From an uncultured Oscillospiraceae bacterium (GTDB lineage Bacteria > Bacillota > Clostridia > Oscillospirales > Oscillospiraceae): a stretch of DNA of 64,000 nt. The notes below the pieces were generated by a model. That model made no database searches. It saw only the letters and a program-made list of their open reading frames with translations, and was not told the origin of the DNA. Where the stretch lies: NCBI GenBank assembly GCA_947630645.1, contig CANRIF010000003.1:2427-66426 (forward strand). Direction: 5' to 3'. Of this stretch, positions 40,435 to 50,518 are shown one piece after another. Every line of letters starts with the position of its first letter. The stretch's first letter is position 1. Both the position numbers and the translations under genes were made by a program.

Positions 40435-42462
40435 TTAACGCCGCTCCCAAAACAGGACGGTGAAGTAATCGTTGTCCAGGACGGCCTGGCAGTAGTTGAC
40501 CTTGTTCCGCACCACCGTGCGTATATCGTCCACATAGCTTTCGGGCAGGTCGGCCGTCTCGTCTGTGAGATGGAACGAGCCGTGGGAGAAGTAGCCGTAA
40601 GATGTCTTCCAGCAGATAGGCGAGGCGAACGCCAGCGCCGGCGCGTCGGAGAACACGTCCCGTCCGGGGAGCAGCCGGGAGTCGAAGTCGATGCCGAACA
40701 GGTTCAGCATCGTGGGCAGGATGTCCAGGCTGCAGGTGGGCTCGTCCACCACGATGGGTTCCTCGTCCTCCAGCGCGCCGCACCACAGCAGCCAGCAGGA
40801 GTGGTCCCGGTCAAAGGCCGTTTCGATCTCTTCCATGCCGTACAGTTCCGCCAAATAGGTGTCGTCGTCGCCGTCCTCCAGGCCATAGGGGTAGTGGTCG
40901 GGCGTGAGGCATATGACCGTATCGTCGGCGATGCCCGCGTCCTCCAGCGCCTGGATAAGGTAGGCCATAGCGTCCTCCAGTTCCAGGTTGGAGGCGATGT
41001 ACCCCCGCACCATATCCGAATAGGGCAGGTCGGCCACCCGGTCCTTGTTCTTGGACGCCCAGTAGTTGCTCTTGAAGCTGTATGGCGTGTGGGCGCTGAT
41101 GGTCATGTAGTAGCTGACGAAGGGCTGCCGGTCGATATAGGTGGGTACGGTCTTTTCAAACATCTCCTTGTCGCTGGTATCCCATTCGGTGCCCATGATG
41201 TCCTCCAGGCCGTTTCCAAAGGCATAGAAACCGTCGGAGAAGCCCAGGCGGGGGTGGGTCACGTCCCGGTCGTAGAAATCGGATTTGCCGTTGTGGTACC
41301 CCACGCCGTAATAGCCCCGCATATACAGTTCCATGGGCATATCGATCAGCACATGATGGGAGGTCATATCCAGCATGGAGTCGATGCTGTTGCTGGGCAG
41401 CATACCGAAGATGTGCTGGTACTCCCCGCCGGTGGTGCCCGACCCGGCGAACTGGTAGTAGTCGGTGAAGTGTACGCCTTTGGTGTACATCCGGTACAGC
41501 GCCGGCGTCAGTTCCGGGTCTATGACCTCCTTGGTGAAGGCCTCGGCGGTGATCATGATAAGGTTTTTGCCCGCGAACATGCCCGTGTACTGGTTCTTGC
41601 TGGAGGCCGTCAGCCCCGCCACATAGGCGTCCAGGCTGCGGTACACCTCGTTGTCGTCCGGCGTATCCAAGCTGAGGTCCAGGTCCAGTTGGTTGAGGCC
41701 GTATTCCACCGGCTCCGCGCTGGGTTCGGGCGAGGCGTCGGGGTCGGCGGTCTGCTCCGGCTGGGCCTGGTCGGCGATGCGCCCCATGTCGATCTGCTCA
41801 AAGGAGGCCGCTCCGCGGCCCATCAGCATCTCCCGCACGTCCAGTCCCGTTCCGGTCATCAGGCCGAACCGCTCCACGGAGGTCTGGAAACTGTACTCGT
41901 CGCCGTAGGCCAGAGCCAGGTCCGGCACCACATGGATCAGCGCCAGCACCAGGATGTACAACGCCAGCAGACGGGCCGCCGTCATGCCCCGCTTATGCCA
42001 GCTGATGCGCGTCGGCGCGGAGCCGAACAGCGCGAACAGCGCCGAGGGCAGCAGGTACACCGCGATGCAGAGTATGCCCTTGAAGCTGAACACCAGCCGG
42101 ACGACCTCGCCGCCAAAATTCTCCACCGCATTGCCCGCCCCGTGGAACACGGCCCTGAAATCATAGAGGATGCCGAACTCCCGATACAGGAACGCCTCCA
42201 CGCAGAAGGGCAGCGCGGCCAAAAACAGCAGTATCACCGTCAGCCAGATGTTGACCCGCCGGCTGCCGGAGATCGTACACAACAGGTATCCTATCCCGCC
42301 GTACACGCAGCACAGCGGCAGCAGCAAGAGCGTGTCCCAGTGGAACACGCCGATCCCCGTGAAAATACGGAACGCGATCTCATAATACAGCAGCGCCAGG
42401 GGAAACAGAAGGATGATCCCCCATTTGCGCTCGCCGAAATGTCTCTCCTCTTTTCTCTCCAC
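40435..42462 (-). CDS. LtaS-like sulfatase-family (phosphoglycerol/phosphoethanolamine transferase type) membrane enzyme (675 aa)
   Basis: Five N-terminal TM segments followed by an extracytoplasmic alkaline-phosphatase-superfamily domain (LIMITAEAFT, ISAHTPY, LTPDHYPYGL). GTG start at 42462. Confidence 0.75.
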   Translation of the reverse strand: MERKEERHFGERKWGIILLFPLALLYYEIAFRIFTGIGVFHWDTLLLLPLCCVYGGIGYLLCTISGSRRVNIWLTVILLFLAALPFCVEAFLYREFGILYDFRAVFHGAGNAVENFGGEVVRLVFSFKGILCIAVYLLPSALFALFGSAPTRISWHKRGMTAARLLALYILVLALIHVVPDLALAYGDEYSFQTSVERFGLMTGTGLDVREMLMGRGAASFEQIDMGRIADQAQPEQTADPDASPEPSAEPVEYGLNQLDLDLSLDTPDDNEVYRSLDAYVAGLTASSKNQYTGMFAGKNLIMITAEAFTKEVIDPELTPALYRMYTKGVHFTDYYQFAGSGTTGGEYQHIFGMLPSNSIDSMLDMTSHHVLIDMPMELYMRGYYGVGYHNGKSDFYDRDVTHPRLGFSDGFYAFGNGLEDIMGTEWDTSDKEMFEKTVPTYIDRQPFVSYYMTISAHTPYSFKSNYWASKNKDRVADLPYSDMVRGYIASNLELEDAMAYLIQALEDAGIADDTVICLTPDHYPYGLEDGDDDTYLAELYGMEEIETAFDRDHSCWLLWCGALEDEEPIVVDEPTCSLDILPTMLNLFGIDFDSRLLPGRDVFSDAPALAFASPICWKTSYGYFSHGSFHLTDETADLPESYVDDIRTVVRNKVNYCQAVLDNDYFTVLFWERR

Positions 42463-42590
42463 TGGCGGCGCCTCTCTGCCCGACGGGGCCCGATTTCATA
42501 CCATGTCATTTTACACAATCCGACCGTTTCCGTCAAGCCGCGGCGGCAGATTTAAATTTTTAACGGCCCGTCCCTCCCCGGCAAAACGAG

Positions 42591-42619
42591 TTGACACCCC
42601 GGCCCGTTGACGGTACAAT
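42591..42619 (+). promoter_or_regulatory. Candidate sigma-A promoter of dusB (TTGACA-17-TACAAT)
   Basis: -35 at 42591-42596 and -10 at 42614-42619. Confidence 0.5.
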
Positions 42620-42652
42620 GGGCCGGGGCGTCATTCCGCCCCGGAGGGACGT

Positions 42653-43627
42653 ATGCAGATCGGGAACGTGCGTATACCGGGCCGCGCGGCGCTGGCCCCC
42701 ATGGCGGGGGTGACGGACGCCGCCTTTCGCCATATCTGCTATGAGCAGGGCGCGGCGCTGGCCTGCACGGAGATGGTGTCCAGCCGGGGCCTGGCGTACA
42801 ACGACCCCAAGACGAAGGAACTGCTCTTCTGCCCCGAGGGGGACCGGCCCGTGGCGGCCCAGATATTCGGCTCGGACCCGTCCGTCATGGCCGACGCCGC
42901 CGGGCTGGCGCTGGCGCTCTCCGGCGCGGACATCCTGGACATCAACATGGGCTGCCCCGTGGGGAAGATCGTCAAGAGCGGGGACGGCTCCGCCCTCATG
43001 AAGGACCCGGAGAAGGCCGGGCGCATCGTCGAGGCCTGCGTGGCCGCCGTGGGGCGGGAAAAGCCCGTGACGGTGAAGTTCCGCAAGGGCTGGGACGGGG
43101 GCAGCGTCAACGCGGTGGCCTTTGCCCTGGTCTGCCAGCAGGCCGGGGCCGCCGCCGTGGCGGTCCACGGCCGGACACGGGTGCAGATGTACGCCGGGGC
43201 GGCGGACTGGGACATCATCCGGGACGTGAAGGCGGCTCTGTCCATCCCGGTGATCGCCAACGGGGACGTGTTTTCCGCCGATGACGCGGTGCGCGTTTTG
43301 AAGCGCACCGGGGCGGATATGTGTATGGTGGGCCGGGGCGCCTTCGGGGACCCGTGGCTCTTTGGCCGCATCAACGCGGCCCTGGACGGGCTGCCGGAGC
43401 CGGAGACGCCGCCCCTGGCGGAGCGGCTGGAGACGGCCCTGCGCCAATTCGAGCTGGCCTGCGCCTGGAAGGACCCCCACATCGCCTGTCTGGAGGCCCG
43501 GCGGCAGCTGGGCTGGTATCTGCGGGGCGTGCCCTGGTCCGGCCCCATCCGGCGGGAGATGGTGCAGGTCAGCACGCCGGAGGACATCCGCGCCGTGATC
43601 CGGCGCGCACAGAGGGAGTTGAGATAG
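42653..43627 (+). CDS. dusB: tRNA-dihydrouridine synthase (324 aa)
   Basis: LAPMAGVTDAAFR, DINMGCP, VTVKFRKGWD, VHGRTR and MVGRGAFGDPWLF are Dus-family motifs. Confidence 0.9.
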   Translation: MQIGNVRIPGRAALAPMAGVTDAAFRHICYEQGAALACTEMVSSRGLAYNDPKTKELLFCPEGDRPVAAQIFGSDPSVMADAAGLALALSGADILDINMGCPVGKIVKSGDGSALMKDPEKAGRIVEACVAAVGREKPVTVKFRKGWDGGSVNAVAFALVCQQAGAAAVAVHGRTRVQMYAGAADWDIIRDVKAALSIPVIANGDVFSADDAVRVLKRTGADMCMVGRGAFGDPWLFGRINAALDGLPEPETPPLAERLETALRQFELACAWKDPHIACLEARRQLGWYLRGVPWSGPIRREMVQVSTPEDIRAVIRRAQRELR

Positions 43628-44251
43628 TTGACGCGAGAGGAAGAGCGGCTCGTCATCCTGCAGGTCCTGGCCGGGGACGCCAGCCGGTTCGAGGTGCTGG
43701 TCCGGGCCTATGAGAAGGGCGTTTACAACCTGGCTCTGCGGATGCTGAAAAACGAGCAGGACGCCCTGGACGCCTCCCAGGAGGCGTTTTTCCGGGCCTG
43801 GCGGGCGCTGGAGGACTTCCGGGGCGACAGCAAGTTCTCCGTGTGGCTGTACCGGATGACCAGCAACATCTGTCTGGATATGCTGCGCCGCGCCTCCCGC
43901 CGGCCGGAGGCCTCCCTCACCGATGAGGAGGGCGGCGAGGCCGACCTGCCCGACCCGGCCGCCGACCCCCACCGGGCCCTGGAGCGGCGGGAGGTCCGCC
44001 GGGCCATCCGGGAGGGCCTGGACCGGCTGGAGCCGGAGTTCCGGCAGGTCCTGCTCCTGCGGGAGATGGACGGGCTCACCTACGACGAGATCGGCCAGGT
44101 CACCGGCCTGGAGCCTGGCACGGTGAAGAGCCGCATCTTCCGCGCCCGGCGGAAGCTGGCGGCCATTTTGACGGAGCGCGGGAACTTTTTCGCCCCGGAG
44201 CCGTCCAATGAGGAAGAAAAGGAAGGGGGCGGCGTGCGTGCCCAGCTGTGA
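43628..44251 (+). CDS. ECF-type sigma-70 family RNA polymerase sigma factor (207 aa, TTG start)
   Basis: Region 2 (LALRMLKNEQDALDASQEAFFRAW, FSVWLYRMTSNICLDMLRR) and region 4 (LLLREMDGLTYDEIGQVTGLEPGTVKSRIFRARRKL). The TTG directly follows the dusB stop. Confidence 0.85.
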   Translation: MTREEERLVILQVLAGDASRFEVLVRAYEKGVYNLALRMLKNEQDALDASQEAFFRAWRALEDFRGDSKFSVWLYRMTSNICLDMLRRASRRPEASLTDEEGGEADLPDPAADPHRALERREVRRAIREGLDRLEPEFRQVLLLREMDGLTYDEIGQVTGLEPGTVKSRIFRARRKLAAILTERGNFFAPEPSNEEEKEGGGVRAQL

Positions 44252-45161
44252 ATACTACCAGGCGCTCATGAGCCGCCTTCTGGACGGCGACCTGACGGCG
44301 GAAGAGCAGGCCGCGGCGCAGGAGCATATCCGCTCCTGCCCGGACTGCGCCCGTGTCTGGGACGCCTTCTGCCAGATGGGAGAGGCCATCCGCGGCGAGG
44401 CCATGGTGGAGCCGCCCCCGGCGCTGGCCCGGGGCGTCATGGACCGCGTCGCCGCCCACAGCCGCCCGGCCCCCGCGCCCATACCCGTCCAGAGCCACCG
44501 GCTGCGGTCCTGGAAGAAGCTAGCCGCCGCGGCCTGTTTCGTGGTCCTGGTGGCGGCCGGGGCCGTCACCGGCGTGTTCGGCCGGGACGCCCGTACCACC
44601 GGCGGCGGGAACACGGCCAGCTATCTGCCCGAGGCGAAGAGCGAGACGGCCTACGTCCATCTGCCGGAGGACGCCGGGGGATCGGCGGAGACGGTCCGGA
44701 CGGCGGACCCCGCCGACAGCGCGCCCGGGGCAGGCTCCGCCCTGTCCGGCGCGGCGGACAGCGCCCCCCTGGAAAACAACAGTGCGGCGGCGCCCCAGAT
44801 GGCCCCGGAGGCCGAAGGGACCGAGGAAGAGGCCGTGGAGGCGCCCGAGGAGGGGATCATGGCCATTATGGAGCCGCCCCAGGCCGCGGCGGACAGCGTC
44901 CCCCTGGCCCTGCCGGTGCAGGGCGCGGACGGCTCGGACGCCGGCCTTATCGCGGACACAGCCGCCCTGCGGGCGCTGCTCACCGGCGAGGCGCTGGACG
45001 GACCGCTCCCGGAGCCGGACTACACCCTGTCCCTGGACGGCGAGACCTGCTTCTTTGCCGGGGACGGCGACGGCGGCCTTCTCTGGTGGCGCGGCGGGGA
45101 TACCGCCCCCACCCGCTCCCCCGCGTCTCTTGCGGACCTGGAGGCGCTGTTCCTGGACTGA
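44208..45161 (+). CDS. Anti-sigma factor (zf-HC2 type) with one TM segment and an extracytoplasmic domain (317 aa)
   Basis: CEYYQALMSRLLDGDLTAEEQAAAQEHIRSCPDCARVW is a zf-HC2 motif, and the TM segment is LAAAACFVVLVAAGAVTGVF. It overlaps the end of the sigma gene. An alternative GTG start at 44238 has a better RBS (GGAAGGGGG). Confidence 0.75.
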   Translation: MRKKRKGAACVPSCEYYQALMSRLLDGDLTAEEQAAAQEHIRSCPDCARVWDAFCQMGEAIRGEAMVEPPPALARGVMDRVAAHSRPAPAPIPVQSHRLRSWKKLAAAACFVVLVAAGAVTGVFGRDARTTGGGNTASYLPEAKSETAYVHLPEDAGGSAETVRTADPADSAPGAGSALSGAADSAPLENNSAAAPQMAPEAEGTEEEAVEAPEEGIMAIMEPPQAAADSVPLALPVQGADGSDAGLIADTAALRALLTGEALDGPLPEPDYTLSLDGETCFFAGDGDGGLLWWRGGDTAPTRSPASLADLEALFLD

Positions 45162-45171
45162 AAGACCTCCT

Positions 45172-45216
45172 ATAACATGGGTATGCCCCCTCACAGAGGG
45201 GGCATACCCATGTTAT
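45172..45216. terminator. 21-bp perfect-stem hairpin between the convergent anti-sigma and LysR genes
   Basis: ataacatgggtatgccccctc / aca / gagggggcatacccatgttat. Confidence 0.65.
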
Positions 45217-45217
45217 T

Positions 45218-46103
45218 TCATTTCCGCTCGAACTGCATCATATAGGACAGATACAGCTGCTCCGCGTGGGTCAACTCCGCCGGCGGCCGGTAGCCCAGGC
45301 CGTAGGAGAAGGTGATGGCCGGCTCCAGTCCCACGCAGCACACGTCCTCGTCCTCCCCAAAGGCGGCGGCGAACTCCCGCGCGTGGAGGGACACCCCCAT
45401 CCCCGCCTTCACCAGGTCGATGCAGCCCACAGAACTGCCCTCGTACACCACCTGCGGCTCCACGCCCTCCCGCTGGAACGCCGCCAGCGTCAGCATGGAC
45501 AGGGGACCCGCCCCGGGTCGGCAGCAGCAGCCGCTCCCCACCCAGCTGCCGCAGGCTCACGCTGCCCCGGCGGGCGGAGGGGTGGTCCCGGCGCATCAGC
45601 GCCACCATGTAGCTGTCCACCATGGGCATGAACGTGTAATCCCCCGCCCCGGCGAAGTTGGAATAGGCCGGGAACACGTTCACGGTCTTCTTGCGGAACA
45701 TCTCGTACAGCGCCTGCTCGTCCGCCTCCACCATGGAGAAGGCCAGCTCCGGGTAGGCCTGCCGGAAGCCGGTGATGTACCGGGCCATGCCGTAGTACTG
45801 GGGGTTCTGCATCACCGCGATGGTCAGCGAGGTCGCCGCCCGGCGCTTGAAGTCGTCCAGGGCGATCTGGGACTCCACGCTCAACGCCGCCAGCTTCTTT
45901 GCGTATGGCAGGTACAGCGCCCCCGCCTCGCTCAAGCGCAGGCTCCGGGTCGTCCGGTTGAAAAGCGGCGCCCCCAATTCCTTCTCCATGGCCTGAATGT
46001 GCTTGGAAAGGGACGACTGGGCTACAAACAGCCGCGCCGCCGCCTCGCTGAAGCTGCCGCACTCCGCCAGCATCACGAATTCCCGGATATAACTGATATC
46101 CAT
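45218..46103 (-). pseudogene. LysR-family regulator interrupted by a single frameshift near 45500-45520
   Basis: The N-terminal 198 codons (wHTH MDISYIREFVMLAECGSFSEAAARLFVAQSSLSKHIQAME ... RQLGGERLLLPTRG) are in one frame. The credible C-terminus (GPLSMLTLAAFQREGVEPQVVYEGSSVGCIDLVKAGMGVSL...) continues in another frame (track ORF 45218-45541). The junction lies in ccgccccggg runs. Confidence 0.7.
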
Positions 46104-46125
46104 CGCGTCCTCCTGCGGTCAATAT

Positions 46126-46140
46126 ATTCTCTCGCGGAAT
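46126..46140. promoter_or_regulatory. LTTR-box-like dyad ATTC-N7-GAAT (T-N11-A) in the divergent intergenic region
   Basis: attctctcgcggaat lies between the LysR pseudogene and the Trp-rich membrane protein gene. Confidence 0.35.
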
Positions 46141-46259
46141 AAATCATACCGCATTTGGAATTGTTTTGCAACCGTCCGCACGATATATTTATTATAAAGG
46201 AGCGAAATTTGTCGCGCTCCGGCAAAGAAAACAGAGAAGTGAAATAGGAGGACGAAAAA

Positions 46260-47297
46260 ATGCTTTTCCAAGTGTACGGCGACAACTCCATTTACCAGGT
46301 GCTTGGCTGGGTGCTTGTGTTTCTGGGGCTGATCATCACCAATGAGATCCAGCGGCGCACCAAGCTGGGCGGCTATGGCTTCTTCTTCGGTGTACTGGGC
46401 TGCCTGACGGTGTACTTCATCGCCATCTATGTGGGCGCGGCCATGGGCCAGGAGTGGGCGCTGAACAACCCCACTTACGTCTACATGAACAGCTGGTTCC
46501 ACTACGCCAAGCTCTACGCCGCCAGCGTCGGCTGCATCGGCTTCATGTGGCTGAAGTACAAGACCGCCCTGGGCAAGAAGGACTGGTTCAAGTGCTATCC
46601 CTTCGTGATCGTGGCCATCAACATCCTCATCGCCGTGGCCAGCGACTTCGAGAGCGCCGTCAAGGGCTCCATCGCCCTGGCCCAGACCGGCAGCCGCTGG
46701 TGGCTGTCCAGCGAGGGCGTGTGGCTGTACGGCGGCTGGTGGAACTGGGCCAACGGCCTGGCAGGCATCGTGAACATCCTGTGCATGACCGGCTGGTGGG
46801 GCATCTACTCCTCCAAGAAGCGGGACGATATGCTCTGGCCGGACATGACCTGGGTGTACATCCTGGCCTACGACATCTGGAACTTCGTGTACACCTACCT
46901 GAACCTGCCCACCCACTCCTGGTACTGCGGCTTCGCGCTGCTGCTGGCCCCCACGGTGGCGGCCATCTTCTGGAACAAGGGCGGCTGGATCCAGAACCGG
47001 GCCAACACCCTGGCCACCTGGTGTATGTTCGCCCAGGTGTTCCCCATGTTCCAGGATTACAGCCGCTTCTCCGTGATCCCCAGCCTGTACGCGGACGGGT
47101 TCATGGACAAGGCCATCCACCCCACCGCCGTGGCCCCGGAGGCCCAGGGCGTGGTGGCGGTGCTGTCCATCCTTATCAATTGCGCGGCGCTGGCCCTGAT
47201 CGTCAAGCGCGCCAAGGCCCAGCACATCAACCCCTACAAGCAGGAGGTCTTCAAGGGCACGAAGGACTTCGAGGAGGCCATGGCCCGCGCCGAGTGA
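46260..47297 (+). CDS. Trp-rich polytopic membrane protein of unknown function (345 aa, about 9 TM)
   Basis: RBS AGGAGG. Hydrophobic segments with many Trp residues (WLYGGWWNWANG, TGWWGIY, WVYILAYDIWNF). I recognise no catalytic motif. Confidence 0.75.
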   Translation: MLFQVYGDNSIYQVLGWVLVFLGLIITNEIQRRTKLGGYGFFFGVLGCLTVYFIAIYVGAAMGQEWALNNPTYVYMNSWFHYAKLYAASVGCIGFMWLKYKTALGKKDWFKCYPFVIVAINILIAVASDFESAVKGSIALAQTGSRWWLSSEGVWLYGGWWNWANGLAGIVNILCMTGWWGIYSSKKRDDMLWPDMTWVYILAYDIWNFVYTYLNLPTHSWYCGFALLLAPTVAAIFWNKGGWIQNRANTLATWCMFAQVFPMFQDYSRFSVIPSLYADGFMDKAIHPTAVAPEAQGVVAVLSILINCAALALIVKRAKAQHINPYKQEVFKGTKDFEEAMARAE

Positions 47298-47373
47298 CAT
47301 CGGCGGACGACCGAAAAACCAATACCCTATGCCCCCTTCCGGGGCATAGGGCCGGCTCAAGAAGGAGAGAATT

Positions 47374-50157
47374 ATGGCTGACATCCACGACCCCAATCCC
47401 GATAAGATCGTGCGGGAAGAGCCCATGCGCGAACCCATCGCCAAGCTTGGCAAGCTGATCACCGACCGCATCCCCCAGAAGCTGGGGCTGAAGAAGATCA
47501 CCAAGGACGACCCGGAGTATTGGGCGCTGTCCGCCATCCTCACCGACGAGGAGGCGGAGTTCGCCATGAAGCTGGGCGTCCGCAAGCCCAAGACCTTCAA
47601 GCAGCTGCAAGAGCTGTCCGGCATGGAGACGGAGAAGCTGGAGAAGATGCTGGAGCATTTGAGCTGGCTGGGCATCCTGGAGTACAACTGGGAAAACCTG
47701 GACGGCAAGAACCCCCAGCATGAGAAACGCTGGGTGCTGCCCATGTATGTACCCGGCAGCGCCGAGTTCACCAACATGAACATGGACGTGATCGGCCAGC
47801 ATCCGGAGATGGGCCGCTTCTTCGAGCGGATGAGTTTCCTGCCGCTGACCAAGGTCACCCCCATGGTGCCTCCCGGGGGCGCCGGCATCGGTATGCACGT
47901 CATCCCCGTGGAGAAGGCCATCGAGATGGAGGACAAGTCCGTCTCCCTGGAACACATCTCCCACTGGCTGGACAAGTACGACGGCAAGTACGCCGCCAGT
48001 CCCTGCTCCTGCCGCCGCTCCCGCCAGACCTATGAGGAGGGCTGCGCCGACGACTTCATGGACTGGTGCGTGGCCGTGGGCGACATGGCGGACTATGTGG
48101 TGGAGACGGGCAAGGGCGGCCGGTACATCACCAAGGAGGAGGCCCTGGCCATCTTCAAGAAGGCCGAGGACAACGGCTTCGTCCACCAGATCACCAACAT
48201 CGACGGCGAGAACAAGATCTTCGCCATCTGCAACTGCAACGTGAACGTGTGCTACGCCCTGCGGACCAGCCAGCTTTTCAACACCCCCAATATGTCCCGC
48301 TCCGCCTATGTGGCCCATGTGGACAAGGACGAGTGCGTGGCCTGCGGCCGGTGCGTGGAGTACTGCCCCGCCGGCGCGGTGAAGCTGGGCCAGAAGCTGT
48401 GCAAGGCCGACGGCAGCGAGGTGCAGTATCCCCGCCAGCCCCTGCCCAGCGAGCAGAGCTGGGGCCAGCACATGTGGACGGTGGACTACCGGGACAAGAA
48501 CCGCATCAACTCCCACGAGTCCGGCACCTCCCCCTGCAAGACCGCCTGCCCGGCCCACATCGCCGTGCAGGGCTACCTGAAGCTGGCCGCCCAAGGCAAG
48601 TATACCGAGGCGCTGCAGCTCATCAAGCGGGAGAACCCCTTCCCCGCCGTCTGCGGCCGCATCTGCAACCGCCGCTGCGAGGACGCCTGCACCCGGGGCA
48701 CCGTGGACCAGGCCGTGGCCATCGACGAGGTGAAGCGTTTCATCGCCCAGCAGGACCTGGACGCCAAGACCCGCTTCGTCCCAGAGAAGGTCATCCCCAA
48801 GGTCCAGGGCGAGTTCGGCGAGAAGATCGCCGTCATCGGCGCCGGCCCGGCGGGCATGAGCTGCGCCTATTACCTGGCGGAAAAGGGCTACCGGCCCACC
48901 GTGTTTGAAAAGGAATCCCGCCCCGGCGGTATGCTGATGAACGGCATCCCCTCCTTCCGCCTGGAGAAGGACGTGGTGGAGGCGGAGATCGACGTGCTGC
49001 GGGCGCTGGGCGTGGAGTTCAAGTGCGGCGTGGAGGTCGGCAAGGACGTGACCATCGCCCAGCTCCGGGAGCAGGGCTACAAGGGCTTTTATGTGGCCGT
49101 GGGCCTGCAGTCCGGCGGGAAGCTGGGCGTGCCGGGCGACGACGCCCAGGGCGTGATCGCCGGCATCGACTTCATGCGGGCCGTCAACATCGGCGGCGAG
49201 GGCAAACTCAACGGCAAGGTAGTGGTCATCGGCGGCGGCAACATCGCCGCAGACGTGGCCCGGACCGCCGTGCGCTGCGGGGCCGAGAGCGTGGCCATGT
49301 ACTGCCTGGAGGGCTACAACGATATGCCCATGGGCGCGGAGGACCGGACCGAGTGCGAGCGGGACGGCATCGCCATCCACGCCGGCTGGGGCCAGACCGA
49401 GATCGTGGCCGAGGACGGCCAGTGCAAGGGCGTCAAGTTCCGCAAGTGCCTCAGCGTGAAGAACGCCGAGGGCCGCTTCGCCCCCACCTTTGACGACAGC
49501 CAGACCGAGACGGCCGAGTGCGTGACCGTGCTGTACTGCATCGGGCAGAAGGTGGACTGGAAGCAGCTGCTGGCGGGGACAAAGGTGGAGTTCAACCCCA
49601 ACGGCACCGCCAAGGCCGACCCGGTGACCTACCAGACCGCCGAGCCGGACATCTTCGTGGGCGGCGACGCCTACACCGGCCAGAAGTTCGCCATCGACGC
49701 CATCGCCGCCGGCCACCAGGGCGCCGTCAGCCTGCACCGGTTCGTGCAGCCCCACTCCAGCCTGACCATCGGCCGCAACCCCAATCACTTCGTGGAGCTG
49801 GACAAGACCGACATCAAGATCAACGAGGAGACCTTCGACAACACGCCCCGCCAGCGCATCGGCTACAACGAGGCCCTGCGCCGGACCTTCAAGGACGAGC
49901 GGATCCCCTTCACCGAGGAGCAGGTCAAGAAGGAGACGGCCCGGTGCCTGGGCTGCGGCGCGTCCATCGTGGACCCCAACAAGTGCATCGGCTGCGGCGT
50001 GTGTACCACCAAATGCGCTTTCGGCGCCATCACCCTGCACCGCGACCGGCCCGAATGTACCCACATGATCCCGGCGGAGGACAAACTCAAGGAGATCCTG
50101 CCCTACGCCGCCAAGCAGACCATCCACATCAAGTTCGGCAAGAAGCAAGATGCATGA
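47374..50157 (+). CDS. Multidomain Fe-S flavoprotein: N-terminal Cys-rich domain, 4Fe-4S ferredoxin motif, GltD-like FAD/NAD(P)H oxidoreductase, C-terminal 4Fe-4S ferredoxin (927 aa)
   Basis: SPCSCRRSR...C, CNCNVNVC and CVACGRCVEYCP. CPAHIAVQGY and FPAVCGRICNRRCEDAC (GltD-like FeS), IAVIGAGPAGMSCAYYL and VVVIGGGNIAADVA (two Rossmann GxGxxG/A motifs), then CLGCG...CIGCGVCTTKC. Confidence 0.8.
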   Translation: MADIHDPNPDKIVREEPMREPIAKLGKLITDRIPQKLGLKKITKDDPEYWALSAILTDEEAEFAMKLGVRKPKTFKQLQELSGMETEKLEKMLEHLSWLGILEYNWENLDGKNPQHEKRWVLPMYVPGSAEFTNMNMDVIGQHPEMGRFFERMSFLPLTKVTPMVPPGGAGIGMHVIPVEKAIEMEDKSVSLEHISHWLDKYDGKYAASPCSCRRSRQTYEEGCADDFMDWCVAVGDMADYVVETGKGGRYITKEEALAIFKKAEDNGFVHQITNIDGENKIFAICNCNVNVCYALRTSQLFNTPNMSRSAYVAHVDKDECVACGRCVEYCPAGAVKLGQKLCKADGSEVQYPRQPLPSEQSWGQHMWTVDYRDKNRINSHESGTSPCKTACPAHIAVQGYLKLAAQGKYTEALQLIKRENPFPAVCGRICNRRCEDACTRGTVDQAVAIDEVKRFIAQQDLDAKTRFVPEKVIPKVQGEFGEKIAVIGAGPAGMSCAYYLAEKGYRPTVFEKESRPGGMLMNGIPSFRLEKDVVEAEIDVLRALGVEFKCGVEVGKDVTIAQLREQGYKGFYVAVGLQSGGKLGVPGDDAQGVIAGIDFMRAVNIGGEGKLNGKVVVIGGGNIAADVARTAVRCGAESVAMYCLEGYNDMPMGAEDRTECERDGIAIHAGWGQTEIVAEDGQCKGVKFRKCLSVKNAEGRFAPTFDDSQTETAECVTVLYCIGQKVDWKQLLAGTKVEFNPNGTAKADPVTYQTAEPDIFVGGDAYTGQKFAIDAIAAGHQGAVSLHRFVQPHSSLTIGRNPNHFVELDKTDIKINEETFDNTPRQRIGYNEALRRTFKDERIPFTEEQVKKETARCLGCGASIVDPNKCIGCGVCTTKCAFGAITLHRDRPECTHMIPAEDKLKEILPYAAKQTIHIKFGKKQDA

Positions 50158-50518
50158 GCTTGGCGTGGTGTTCCATGTGATCGACAGCCTGAAAAAGGTG
50201 GCTGCCGAGAACAGCGTGGACAAGATCAGCCGGGTGACGCTCCAGCTTGGCGAGGTATCCTCGGTCATCCCCCATTACCTCGCCGACTGCTGGAAGTGGG
50301 CGGCGGCCAGGGAGCCGCTGGTGGCGGGCGCGGAGCTGGCCATCGAGCCCATCAAGGCCGTCAGCTGGTGCGACGACTGCAAAAAGCAGTACGGCACCGT
50401 GGAACACGGCCGGGCCTGCCCCTATTGCGGCGGCGGGAACACCTGGCTTTTGCAGGGAAACGAATTCATGATAAAAGAGATCGAGGTCCCCGGACCGGAG
50501 GAGGAGAACGATGGATAA
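50150..50518 (+). CDS. hypA: Hydrogenase/urease-type nickel insertion metallochaperone HypA (122 aa)
   Basis: MHELGV start (Ni-binding MHE motif) and zinc site CDDC...x17...CPYCGG. The ATG overlaps the oxidoreductase stop (ATGCATGA). Confidence 0.85.
   Translation: MHELGVVFHVIDSLKKVAAENSVDKISRVTLQLGEVSSVIPHYLADCWKWAAAREPLVAGAELAIEPIKAVSWCDDCKKQYGTVEHGRACPYCGGGNTWLLQGNEFMIKEIEVPGPEEENDG

Noticed and set aside
46119-47987. A 622-aa minus-strand ORF spanning the Trp-rich membrane protein gene and the start of the flavoprotein gene.
   Set aside because: It is antisense to two well-supported genes with good RBSs, and the sequence is Ser/Gly/His/Pro-rich without motifs.
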